Source: Leptogorgia sarmentosa | Taxonomy: Eukaryota | Direction: 5' to 3' | Length of the DNA stretch: 64,000 nt | Assembly (NCBI GenBank): GCA_964658305.1 | Contig: OZ210885.1 | Location: forward strand, 2,108,001 to 2,172,000 | Shown here: positions 27,101 to 39,862 of the stretch, piece after piece | Layout of the letters: each line of letters begins with the position of its first letter | Numbering within the stretch: position 1 is the stretch's first letter | The notes under the pieces: generated by a model | What the model saw: the letters and a program-made list of their open reading frames with translations, nothing else | What the model was told of the DNA's origin: nothing | Databases searched by the model: none | Translations under genes and position numbers: made by a program

Positions 27101-28197
27101 TAGAAGTGACAGCTCGAATGGAAATACAAAAATCCGGTGTGTATAATAATAACTTGACCCAACGCCACATATCAAAATTTGGAACTCACAAAGATCATTA
27201 TTTTAATAGAAGGCAAAAATTTAGAGCCTGTGGTCACTATCTCGAAAGACTCAAGCGGTGAGTACGTTCGCGTTAAAGTCTGGACTGGAATATTTTACTT
27301 TTGTGACTGGGGTTTGGCAGGGGCTTAGGAACGGTTTGAGGATTGGGGGGCGAGTTTGAGGATTGGGGGGCCACCATGGTTGGCGTCGAGCGAGAAAATT
27401 TTGAGAATTTAGAGCCTCTAGATCGCCGGAAACGGCCATTTCAGAGTGTTAACCAAAGCCTTAACACTCAGAATAGAGTCTAGAGGTCTTAGATGTAGTA
27501 CAACCACAGCTTGCGAACTAATCGCACAGTTTGCAAACCAAATACACCAGCTGGTCCAGCTCTTAATGGGGGGGCCGAAAGCTATCTCGGCCCCCCCTTA
27601 TAAATTTTTTGGGGGTGGGCGCCCCGCTTCCTACGCCCCTGGGGTTGGAACCCACAAGTCCACCTCAGTCACTAGAGATAAAATTCTTTACTTTTCTACT
27701 GAACACTGTTGATTCCACACAGAATGAACATTCGATTAGCAATGATTTATGCAAAACCATCAGTCAATTCTATGAAGAAATATCCAATGAACTGATTTGC
27801 AACTTTGATAAATCCAATGATTCCAATCATTCTACTGTTATCGATCAGAATAAAATTAAGTCAGATCAAAAGCAATGCCAGCATAATGGTGTGTATTACA
27901 TTTGCTTCCTACGTATGTAGACTAAATGGATTTGTTTAATTCAGTCTTTTGCCTCCGGAGATAAACTGCCTACAGCATTAGTTGAGTAAACGTTCAGGGC
28001 TCACTGCTGAGCTAAGCATGGTTAGATCATGCAGAGGTAGTACATGTTCCTGAATGTGAGTTGTTTGCCGCTGTCGTGTTAACGGTCTTAGAAAATCATC
28101 GAATATTTTGATAAAATTGGTAACACTAACAACCGTCTTTTTCATTTCAGAGCAAGGAAAGATCGAGAATGCTTACGAAAACGTAGCTTTAACTTAG
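24142..28197 (+). CDS. Orphan type-I membrane protein (Cys-containing ectodomain, Thr/Ser/Pro mucin stalk, TM helix, YEEI/YENV tail); 5' end not found, one apparent frameshift
   Basis: Phase-compatible exons: 24142-24377, 24497-24743 (needs -1 T in the T8 run at 24611-24618), 24949-25080, 25360-25401 (GCCDNKTTCSCGK), 25632-25844 (TTTPS repeats), 26878-27003 (FIIGLAVGIIIMIIIDLVIYVIVVKMK), 27676-27888 (FYEEI; acceptor uncertain) and 28151-28197 (AYENVALT*). Confidence 0.65.
26358..26770 (-). mobile_element. 5'-truncated LINE (CR1/L2-group) 3' end, intronic
   Basis: The minus-strand ORF tail HPLYEFLP..HNLR...INTTRYKNCFKNRLIF is typical of the C-terminus of CR1/L2-group ORF2. It is followed by a short UTR with aataaa and a (TTA)n tail. 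Confidence 0.7.
27318..27641. mobile_element. hAT-like MITE in an intron
   Basis: TIR caggggcttaggaa / ttcctacgcccctg, with flanks gggtttgg / gggttgga (degenerate 8-bp TSD). The internal motif gatcgccggaaacggccatttcagag is also at ~864 and ~25978. Confidence 0.6.
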
Positions 28198-28981
28198 CAC
28201 TAACCGAAAGAGATTTTGTTTCCTTTGCACAAGATTGAATTTGTATCCGACATCACATTGTATATTATGGATAATTATCTCATAAAAACCTTAAATTCCT
28301 ATAAGTTTCTTCGTTACAAGTTGCTACAAGTTGCTCCAGCAAGACTAATATTGGCTCTTCGTACGAAGTTTGTTGTCAGCAACTTGTTAACTACTTCAGA
28401 TGGTATCACACTTGTTGCTACAACTTGTTGCGAGTCTGTTGGCCTCGTCAACCTTGTTACAAGATTATAACAACTTGTCCCAGACTTTTCACTAAAAACA
28501 AGCAGTGCGAACACATTCTGTTGATAAGTTGATAGAATTTGACGTGTGTCTGCCTTTATCGAGAATGCAAAATATCTTTCTGTGTACATATCTTTGTTAG
28601 TAGTATAAGTAAAATGGATGCAAATTCAGTCATTAATTACAGGGTAATTTTAAGGTGAAATAAGTTTATAACTAATCATTTATATCATATTCACATATCG
28701 TTGAGATTATTTAAATCATAGACCAGTAAAACAGAAGCAATGTTTCCCGGCTTCTTCGCAGGACTGCTTCTTTGATTGTATTACACTGTCGTACACAACA
28801 CATTTACTCATTTAGATTATAGATTTTATAGATAACGAACAATCATCGTATAAATCACCATAGATATTATAATTTACAGTTGGTTTTTTCATGATATTAA
28901 AATTTCAACAGTTGTTTCTCTGTGTGTTTAGCTCTGATGTGTGATTGGTCTTCTTAAAAATTCGTTTTTGCTCTTTTCATT

Positions 28982-29929
28982 GGAGGAAATCTAAACTAGA
29001 CTAACTGGATAGCTCTATATCAGTTCTAAACTGTTCTTCCTAGAGGTCCAGTAAGGATCATCTCATTCTCATATTGATCCAGTGTTACTACAGGAGGAAA
29101 CCTAAACTAAACTAACTTTATTTATACTGGATAGCTCTATCAGTTCTAAACTGTTCTTCCTAGAGGTCCAGTAAGGATCATCTCATATTGATCCAGTGTT
29201 ACTGCAGGAGGAAACCTAAACTAAACTAACTTTATTTATACTGGATAGCTCTATCAGTTCTAAACTGTTCTTCCTAGAGGTCCAGTAAGGATCATCTCAT
29301 ATTGATCCAGTGTTACTGCAGGAGGAAACCTAAACTAAACTAACTTTATTTATACTGGATAGCTCTATCAGTTCTAAACTGTTCTTCCTAGAGGTCCAGT
29401 AAGGATCATCTCTTATTGATCCAGTGTTACTAAAGGAGGAAACCTAAACTAAACTAACTTTATTTATACTGGATAGCTCTATCAGTTCTAAACTGTTCTT
29501 CCTAGAGGTCCAGTAAGGATCATCTCATATTGATCCAGTGTTACTGCAGGAGGAAACCTAAACTAAACTAACTTTATTTATACTGGATAGCTCTATCAGT
29601 TCTAAACTGTTCTTCCTAGAGGTCCAGTAAGGATCATCTCTTATTGATCCAGTGTTACTACAGGAGGAAACCTAAACTAAACTAACTTTATTTATACTGG
29701 ATAGCTCTATCAGTTCTAAACTGTTCTTCCTAGAGGTCCAGTAAGGATCATCTCTTATTGATCCAGTGTTACTAAAGGAGGAAACCTAAACTAAACTAAC
29801 TTTATTTATACTGGATAGCTCTATCAGTTCTAAACTGTTCTTCCTAGAGGTCCAGTAAGGATCATCTCTTATTGATCCAGTGTTACTACAGGAGGAAACC
29901 TAAACTGAACAAACTTCATTCATACTGGA
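28982..29929. repeat. 114-bp tandem repeat, about 8 copies
   Basis: cctaaactaaac recurs at a 114-bp period from 29101 to 29899; units are nearly identical. Confidence 0.95.
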
Positions 29930-30317
29930 GAGGATCAAACTTGTACTGATAATTAATATATTGTTTGTGCTTTATCTATTCAACGTTGTGTCTCCTTCCC
30001 GGAGTGTGAAGTATCGTGTAGATTGCCTAATATATACTTATATAGCTAATTCAAGAATGGTTGTCTTCCAAAAACGTTAAATCTTAAACTCTAAGCGCGC
30101 AAGGTGCCATGGGTAACTTCTTACTTAAGGCCTAAAACGTGCGAATTTTGTATTGTAACTACGGCAAGGGATATAATAAGCACTTTTGAATCAGCTATAT
30201 AATAATACAGTATAGCTTAATGTCATTGCTCTAGTGACTACTTGTGTTATGTTGGGAAATTATTCATTAAAACAAAATATTATGATAGCTATATGTGAAG
30301 AAATAATGAACTCAGAT

Positions 30318-33300
30318 CTATTTTGTCTTCAATTTCGATTCCTTTCTACCATTTTTCACATATTGTTGAAAATAAAAATTTCCAAACAGAATCATTAGTG
30401 AGATATCATAACCAATGAAGAGCCAGAGTAACCAACGAGGATAACTGCAATCTGCCACGGTCATTGCATTTAGCACGTAAACAAACACCATTGTAAACTG
30501 AAGCTGTAAATTTAGGAAATTATAGTCATGTACGTTGTAACATTAGGGAGTTTGAAATTTCGATGAACCATGTGGCATTCAATTAAAATCGTATCAGCTG
30601 AATTGGGAGATTTCATTTTTAATTACGGCAATGCATGCAATTCAAGTTGCTAAATTTGCAACTTTTTTCCATTCTTACTTCTCTTATAATTGTTTAATAT
30701 AAACTATAATTGTAATAACTAGTCATAAAATGCGAAAATGGGGACTAATAATTATATAAAATGGGATGCATGTAAAAATAAATTTTGAGTACAGGTTTGG
30801 TTGCTACCCGTGTGGGTAACCTTAAATTGACTAATCAGGTACAGTTTTAGTCGTGTTTAGCTATAATTGTGTTTGGCTTTGTGTTTCTCTAGACTGTACC
30901 TACGATGAATGCACTGAATGAAAAAGCTCACCAGCTGAAGTGAAGTCAGGTATTTCTTCCACCACAAATATTTCTTGTATTGAGGACCAAGTGCGGATAA
31001 CAAATAATAAGAGTACATTACTCCATGTACAAAACAGTTCAGGATTGCCCCAAAATAAGCTGAAATGCACAATAATTATAATATATGAAAAGGCTAATGT
31101 ATTTACTAGGAATATATGCATCATGGCAGAGTTCACATATTTATTTATAAATATTTCGTAAATATATACGCTTAGCAGCAAAATTGTTAGGCATTTTAGG
31201 TGGGTAAATGCCATAGAAAATATAGATATAGAATGCGTGCTCGTATTTTTTCTTTAAATTGTGGCCAGGTAAGGACAATTTTTAGTGCAAAGTTTCTTTG
31301 AAGTGGCGTAGCCAGAATGATCATTGGGGATCTGCGTTATTGTCTTTTGCAATCAATTGTTTTTATGGTATGTGAACACGAATCGAATATATGAATATTT
31401 CCCTCCACTACTGATTATCGTTCTGGTGTGTCACTGCTTTGAAACTTCGCAGTATTGTGGTGAGTGGGGAAAATTCACATCAGTCATTGAATCATCAGTT
31501 GAGTCATTCAACTTTGTCCGTACCAAAGGACGGTAGTTAAATCATCCTATACTAGTTAAAATTATGCCTCATATTTAAATTAAAATTATGCCTCATATAA
31601 TTGATGTTTATATAAATTATGTACTAAATATGTCGCTGGAGCTCGTGATACTTACTAGTTCCACCTGAAACGAGAAAAAAAGTAAGTATTTTATGTGATT
31701 GTAATACTATTTGAATTCTTATCAAATCTTGAGGGGTTGACGCACTAACGTCATTCGGTCGTATATTGAAAACACATTTATACTGATGACATTATGACGT
31801 CAACTTAATTTTTCTGCTTATATGCCAAAAGCGGGAGAATAAATATGGCTTCCTCAAAAATAAGGTTTTCGTTAATAATCTAAGTGTTACCCTATGTCCG
31901 ACATTTACACAAATAAATAATAAATAAATAATAAGCCTCGATCAGCCTTCGGCGTCGCAGATAACACAAACATTGGCCTTGAAAATTGCTTATATTTTTG
32001 TCAATCCTTTTTTAATCTCGTTGGCACCCGTTTTGGCATTTGTTTAAAATAAACTAAATAGATTAAAAGTAGCCAAAAGTACCTGGATGCCATTTCACAA
32101 TGATCCACCATAAAACACAGACACTCACATGATGATATGCATGAAGAAAACTCACGGACTTTTTGTTGATGATCAGAAATATCTATCGAAAAAATTCAAT
32201 AACATATTGTTGTTTAATATAGGTTGACGAACAGGTTTTTCACCAGCCATAAGACCATGTGCATTGGCTTTGAAGTTGATGGTTCATTCTATATCTCAAT
32301 GAAATCTTTTTAATACTGATTTCATTTATTCAGAATTCAACACTGTAAATTTAAGCAGAGCAGTTTTGACCCCTACCGAGAGAAGCATCTTGCAGACCGT
32401 TCAGTGCTCAATCTTTGAAAAGGTCGATACATCCTTCTACTGAGTTCATTTCATGGGATAGGTCAAATTGGATCTTTCGAAGAGTTATGCTACTATCATA
32501 ATATGAGTTATTCCGCCCCCCCCCCCCCAAATGGAGTCAAAACTGAAGTCGAAATACTGTACTTCCCTCCCGTATGATTACTTATACCATCTGATTACTT
32601 AATTCTTTTTCACGTTTTGTTTTAAAATGATATTTCTTTAATCTATTCACTTGCTTATGTTTAAAAGCACGTGTGCGTTGTACTTATACCCCAGTGCTAA
32701 TCCCCGGAGATCCCGATAATCCTTGTATAGTCAAAAAATGAGTGGACATTTTTCTGCATTTTTAATTTAGGTTTTTCAGCACCACATGGAAACATCAAAC
32801 ATCATCTACCTGTTTTATGGAGAACTTACTGTGTCTAGAAATTCCATGATTTTTGACATGAGAAATAACCAATTTGCAATTGCATGCTGAAAAGGAAATC
32901 AAAACTTTAGTATATCGCACACAAAATTGATTTAAAAACCGCTGTTAAATCTAAGAAAATGTTGACAAATAACGTGTTGAAGTTATTGATGTTCAGCAAT
33001 AACGGCGAGATTTTTCTTATAGTTAATTACTCATGAAATAATATAATGAAGAATAAATCCACTATTGCATGCTGCAACAGTAATTCTTATAATTACGCGC
33101 ATCAAACTTGGATGTTCCTCGATATTGTGGACTCCTTGGCAAAAAAAGTTGAAGTTCGGGATGCCAATTACTGAAAGAATGAACTAAAAAAAGAAATTTA
33201 TTTGAAACATGCATATTCACAGTTTCCGTTTATGAGGTGATGAGAACTTAGACAAATAAACAAACATATCACGTGATTTTGATCCTATGATGACACTATA

Positions 33301-35505
33301 CCTGCCTGACAATAGACCTTTTCCCCATCAGACGAACTTTCGAATTAGGAGAATTCATCACCACGGCTGGAAAGAGCATCATTGATTTAGTAGAATTGTG
33401 AAGTTTGGTTGCAAAATAACGTAAAATGCGGAAAATACAGGCATTTAAAGTTTGCAAATTTTGTACACTTTTGTATTGCGCACGCGATTAAGTGATAATC
33501 AGATTTCGAATGGATTATATCACTTACTCGTGCATGCGTAACACGAAAATATGTAAAGTTAGCAAACTTCAAATGTCTATATTTCAAAAAGTTCACGATA
33601 TTTTGTAACCAAATATCACAGTTCTACTAAATTTATGATGCTCTTTTCAACTGTGTTAATTAATTAATCTCCACCAATGAAATTTCTTACTGATCTAGAC
33701 ATGATGACCCAGAACAAGTGTGTGCTTTCAAGCGGGAAAATGAGACGCATTTCCTCCCGCTAATTGTAACAAACTCACCTCATAAAGCATGTAGACAGAA
33801 AGAAGAACTAAAAAGCCATTGTAAATAATTAGAATTGTTTTCACGTTAACTGCATCTCTCGTCTTCATCCGTTTTTGACCCTCCAGGACAATAAAGATGT
33901 ATAAAAACAGCAACGAAACAACTGGCCACGGTGTTGACATCAAAAACCAATTTGAAGTTATTTTATCTACAAATGTAAAAACATATTCAGTCTTCTATGT
34001 CGTTAATTAGTAACCCTGGTTCAGGGCCTATTCTAAGGAAATTTCAATACTGCACTCTTCAGATCAAATATCATCAATTACTGTGACGTTTTCTTGTGAC
34101 GTCATGTTTTAAACATTTAAGTTACATGAATTATAATTTATAAAGGCGAAATAGAACGCCAAACGCTTAGCACGAAGTACTATGACTTTCTGGAGACTGA
34201 ATATTGGATTTGGTGGAAACTTGCCAGCTTTGGTATTTCGCCAAATTTTGTTGCATATGGCTTTGTCAATTTTTTTTTGCAAAGTCACTTTAGAAATCTG
34301 AACTTTCTAGTAACATTGTTCTCTCAGAACATATCAAATATAAAATTAAACTTTTAATCTCAAATTTCAATACTACACACTTTTGCATTCAATACTGCAC
34401 ACTTCTTATTCAATACTGCACAAAGTGTGGCACCTGCCCTGGTTATTCCCTTACGTCATGGACAGTCTTGGTCGTTATACGCAGGCGCGAGTCGGCACGA
34501 ATTTCGAAAATACGGCGGATCATGAATAGCGAGCACTGCATGAAAGTTTGCGAAAACGCAAAACGAAGACAAGAATGACTGTCCACAAAAAACTCCCGGG
34601 AAGAAATAAATGCTGGGAAATACCAAAACACGGAGAAATGACTATGTACTTGAAACACAAAACACTTTGCAATAATTATTATAAGTTGACTAAGTCCTTT
34701 GGTTATGCATCATTGTTGTTATTGCGCATTTGAACAAAACGCTTGTGGAATCGATCTGTTAACTGTTTACTTCGGTACTAAGTAAACCTGGAAGACTTTT
34801 TTATTTAAAAATTGGTAAACTTCACACGTAAAGTATATGAGCCGGGGTTGAAATGAAATTCATTTATTTCGAAACATTATAGCTCATTATGCAAATAAAA
34901 TTATATAGGCTATGTGTATATTCCACACACAATTTAAGCTTACATTGGACAAAATATCATTTGGATCAAAGATTAGACTGAATACCTTATACCTAGACGA
35001 CGATAAAATAGAATTCGACGTGGAGAGTAAAGGCCTTTTGTCATGCTGTACTTCATCGACATCCAATATTGATATCCTTTGCACAATTAATAACGAGTAC
35101 TCTGCTTCTTATTAACTACGTGAGTGGAAACTGCGAACTTTAAAGATATCCACAGGCAGCAAAAGTTTCATTCATGTACCAACGGTACTTCAATAAGATT
35201 TTTACAGTTCTGGTAGCGATGCTTGTTGATGTTGTCAGAGTACCTATATATCCGATTCTGAAAATCAATATGGCCAGCTACTTCAATAATTACATGCTAA
35301 ACTCTTCACGTTAGCTACTGTATGTTCATGTTCCGCGTCGTGTTGTATAATAATTATTTTTGAACGCCCAGCAAAGCGTCTTGCTTAATTGCGGGAAACA
35401 TATTTGCTTCATTTCATTGAAACCTGTTAACTTACCTGCATCATTCATTGATTCATGATAGAAATTTGAAATTTTTTCTTCCATGACTGATCCCATTCTT
35501 GCCAT
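30318..35505 (-). CDS. ELOVL: ELOVL fatty acid elongase, paralogue B, about 274 aa, 8 coding exons
   Basis: Exons 35505-35436, 33966-33779, 33183-33097, 32886-32830, 32182-32083, 31664-31656, 31059-30932 and 30503-30318 sum to 825 nt in frame. Motifs: [39 protein letters not shown], and a C-terminal KLKTK (KxKxx ER signal). Confidence 0.95.
33330..33660. mobile_element. Dispersed imperfect-hairpin repeat family (also ~14670-14905, ~58215-58520, and split at 52084-52181/57912-58055)
   Basis: The 14.7, 33.3 and 58.2 kb copies share gaagtttggttgcaaaata..aagtttgc..attttgta..; arms are imperfect inverted repeats. The split copy is more diverged. Confidence 0.65.
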
Positions 35506-36415
35506 GTACGCTTGTAGCAGCCTGACAGCCCTGACTCAAAATGATTATAGCTTCTCTCCGGTAAAACCACGCCAGTTATTCACACCGGGCGTGTAAAGAC
35601 AGATATAGCAAGCTGAGATTCAATTTAATGGGAAACACGTGCTCTACGCAGGATTAACAAGTATTAGGGATTATTGCATGATTTTGTCTTCAACTTGAAA
35701 TAAGCTGACTATATATAGCATTCTTGAGTAGTAATTCATGCGTACAAGCCTGTAAAAGCGATTTGTAGCGACAGGCCAGCACTAACTATTCGATGATTAA
35801 GGCCTCGCCCTGGACCAGATGTTCCAAAACAAGTACTTTTGAATGAATGAAGCTGTCAAACAGAGATAACTTGATAAAGGGAGTACTAACTAAATAGATT
35901 TGGACATATATATCACAGTTTTCATTTCGCTTGAAAAATTAAAAATGAAATTTTATTTCGCTTTGAGATATTAGCTAAAGTACTGTCAAATATAAGTGTC
36001 AAATACAAGTAATAAATAAAAGTATAAACTTTGCAAACAAAGCAGTATCAAACATTAATCAAGCTTTGCTCAACTGACACGCACTGAACACTGATAGCAG
36101 AATATACCGCAAATGACACTCGATTACTAATACTATTACAAAATTATACAGAATACGACTAAGTTTTAATTTATATAGAAAATTAATACTCAACAAATTC
36201 ATGTTTTGCTTAAAAGACATGAAAAAGATTCACACAGAAAATTTATAACCCCTGTCGCCCTTATAGTCCTTCAGGTATTTTCAAATTTGTGAAGATATAA
36301 ATCAAATACCCCCATCCCACCAAAATTTCCGCCACTGTAGCGTAACCTGATCGACACACTTGAGAAACAAAAGTTGGCCCAGGTTTGCCATCCTAAATGG
36401 TGTGGATGACTAAAA

Positions 36416-36806
36416 AAGGGGTGGTGACTAAGAAAGTGGACAAAGTAAGTTCATGTTTTGGTATTTTGCATAATAGCAAAGAGAAAGCTCTGCTAAGGGC
36501 CTGAGTGGAGGGCCTGGTTATACCTGCAATTTTTTCCACCAGTATTGATATGTGGAGTATGTCACATGCAATATGAATGTGCATAATTGTACATTTTTAC
36601 GAATCTCATAGAGATGAAGGTGTTGCGAATGACAAGAACTGAGATGAAAAGCTGCTGACAAATCGCCTATAGGATGCTTTTATAACGTAATTGAGTTAAT
36701 GAAAGTAAATTGATTAACATTCTGAGCGTTTTACGGTGTCCTAATATGCGTTTGATACCTTGCGATAGACACGCGAACTTTGTCCACTTTTTTAGTCACC
36801 ACCCTT
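36416..36806. mobile_element. MITE with ~30-bp TIRs
   Basis: aaggggtggtgactaagaaagtggacaaagt / actttgtccacttttttagtcaccaccctt. TSD not resolved. Confidence 0.55.
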
Positions 36807-39295
36807 ATCAGCCCATTGCTAGGCTACACTTTTCATGCGACAAGTCGTAGTGTTTACAATAGGTTCGTTTACCACGTTCGGGACAGCAATTTGATTTTTA
36901 GGGGCATTGTTGTGGCGCTTTCCCGATATATGAGCAACCGAATTATAAATAGAATGAGTAATCTTCACCCAACCACTATTCTGACCCTGACTTATACTTC
37001 GGGCGCGCATATATCGAGATATTTTTTAAATTGTTGCTAATCCTTACTTCAAGTAAATGTACTTTACTCTAGGAAAATTTATGGAAATTTGTATATTAAT
37101 ATTTATTTAAGTTTTTTAACAGCACATTTATAATTTTGTATTTATGCTATACGGTATTTCTCGATTGATATAGGCCCTATACGCATGCAACTGTCGGGAA
37201 ATGCTCAATACTAGGCAATGATATTGTATAACGATAACATTCACCGAAGAGAATAGCATGATTATATATTTTAAATATTTAGTTTCGTATTTTCAGTATG
37301 CATCTGAATAAGAAAAAACACGTTTAAATAAATTGCATTCGCAAAAATTGTTTAAGTGTTAGGAGCATTTATCATGATTTTTTTATTTTAGTTAGTTGTT
37401 TGGTTTTTCAGGACTAAGATATTCATGCTTATATGCCACACACGAGAAGTGCATTGATCAACTTGTTGGAAAAACCAAATGAAGTGGAAACTCTTTCGAA
37501 AAGCATATTAGACTATGGAAGTGAAATCGAAAGCAAGGCTAAATTCCTAACCTCTATTAACAATTGCAATTCCTTTATATATTTTTTATTTAATTTTTAT
37601 CTATGTAAATAAAGATGGCGGAGAATGTCAAATTTTATCAGGTACCATGCCGCTTATAACGGATTCAGCCTCGCTTTCGTATACTTTCGGAAAGGATTTA
37701 TCATAGCTAAGTATAATTAATTATGATTGCTTGGTTTTGGACAGCGTTGATTGGTTGGTTATTCCTATTGTTAGTCTTTGATTCTTTGATGATGTATTGA
37801 CCTTGTTGAAGTGCTACAATGTCAAATGATTTGTCTTTTATTATTAAAATTTCTCTCATTCCTTTCATGCAACTTCCAACTGTGATGTTGTTAACTACCA
37901 GGAAAACACAGGACTTCTTCTAGGATGTGAATGTGAAAGTACACACCATATGAATTATCAAAATCGAAAAGAAGTTGGAATCAATATTGGTACGTAAAAA
38001 TGCACATCAAACGTTCAGTACTGACTAGTAAAGTATACTGATCAAAAATGCTTTAATTAGAATTGTGTGACCAACGCAATGCTCACAGTATATAATGCTC
38101 AGTGCAATGAAAGCTAGCACGAAAATCTGTTATCGGCATAATATCCACTGATTCCGCAACAAAACTATGTATAGTGTGATTTAAAATATTTGATTCACTT
38201 TTCTTAACAACTTTGTGTCACACTCAAACGTGATCTTCATGATCACTCTTGTATATAATATGAGCCAACCACCTTTATAACTGTCAAACATTGGACGGTC
38301 GAGTTTGTCGTCTAGTTTTCCCTTCATGATTATAGTATATTTACATAACATCGAGCTTGCACTGCATGCTTTACATCTTTGGTAGTTATACAGGCATACG
38401 CAGTCTGGACTTTTTATGATATTACGCTACACATTCGTCGATCCTGACACGATTCTCGCACAGAAGCTATTTAAAAGTGAGGGGCTAAAATTGTTTTACA
38501 GGTTTCCTATATTCTTAGCAGCATAATTATTATGACCTATGTCAGCAGAAAAGTGAGGAGACTGATCGAAGCCTATAGCCGCCCATTAATTCCCACGCAA
38601 ATTCCAGCTAGTATATATAGCTTTCAAAAAATTGGAATGATCAAAGAGCCTTTTTGATACTGCAAATTAAATTTCATGCAAATTGTGTCCACTGTCAGAC
38701 CCCCTATTAATTCCAGAATTTCTTTGTATGTAATATATGTCAATCATAGGCAATCTTGAGAAATTTTAGACGATTTCAGGCGATCTCAGGCAATCTTAGG
38801 CGATATTAGGCGATCTTGCACCCTGGAGTAGGCCTATATCTTGCACGTTTTTATTCAGCTTAGTATTCGGCTATTGAAATTATGACAATACGGATCATTT
38901 TCAATATAGCTACTCATTGCGGTTTTTTTGAGACACCTTGTAGTAGCGCTGTGTGACCAGTGAGTTATGTGGACATTTGTGTGAACCTGTATGAAATTAA
39001 GTCTGAGTATAGTATCTTTAGTAAGTTGCTTTTCAAATTTACCAAAATACATTCATATCATACATTTTATAACATCATAACATCATAAAAAACAGAAATA
39101 TCAAACTTAAATATATAATTAGCTAATTTAACTAATCAGTTGTTAGGAACTTTTAACATTTTGTATTTTTGTTCCTTACATAGTGTATTTTCGTATAAAT
39201 AATTAAATATATATGTCTTATCTAGCTATGTAATTAATATATTTTAGTAATATATTTTAGTAATTGTAAATAAGGTAGCAAATTCAGTCTTTAAA

Positions 39296-39862
39296 GGGGG
39301 TGTTTATATGGAGGCGAGCTAGCCCAGGTACCCGCTCAAGCGAGATCTATATAATGTCACAATATAATTTATAGTAATGTTCATCTTGCGTTTATATGGG
39401 AACCGGGCTGGCCCGCCTAGGCGGGCTGGAAATTTTCCATATAATTGCGTTTATATGGCTCGCCTAAGCGGGCTAGGTGTTATTTCGCTTTTCGCGCAAA
39501 TATACTGATACAAATTAGATTTTTTCGACATATTTCAATCTTAAAAGGTCTCAGTAAACTATATGTGAATTATAACTGTGAAATTAACTTTCAAAGGTGT
39601 GCATTTCCCGTTTGTAAGAAAATATCGCTATTTATGGCAATGAGACCAGTAGTTTGTTTTGGCGAGCCAGCCCGCCTCGAAAGTCTCATGTAAACACGAG
39701 ATGAAATCAACTCGCCTAACATTACTATAAATTATATTGTGACATTAGATCTCGCTTAAGCGAGCCAGCCCGGGTACCCGGGCTGGCTCGCCTCCATATA
39801 AACACCCCCTAAGCGGGCTAGCTCGGGTACCCAGGCTGGCTCGCCTCCATATAAACACCCCC
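39296..39862. mobile_element. Harbinger-like MITE with a duplicated right terminus
   Basis: gggggtgtttatatggaggcgagc..gctcgcctccatataaacaccccc ends at 39809 and again at 39862. Related ends lie at ~470-593 and 61983-62396. Confidence 0.75.
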
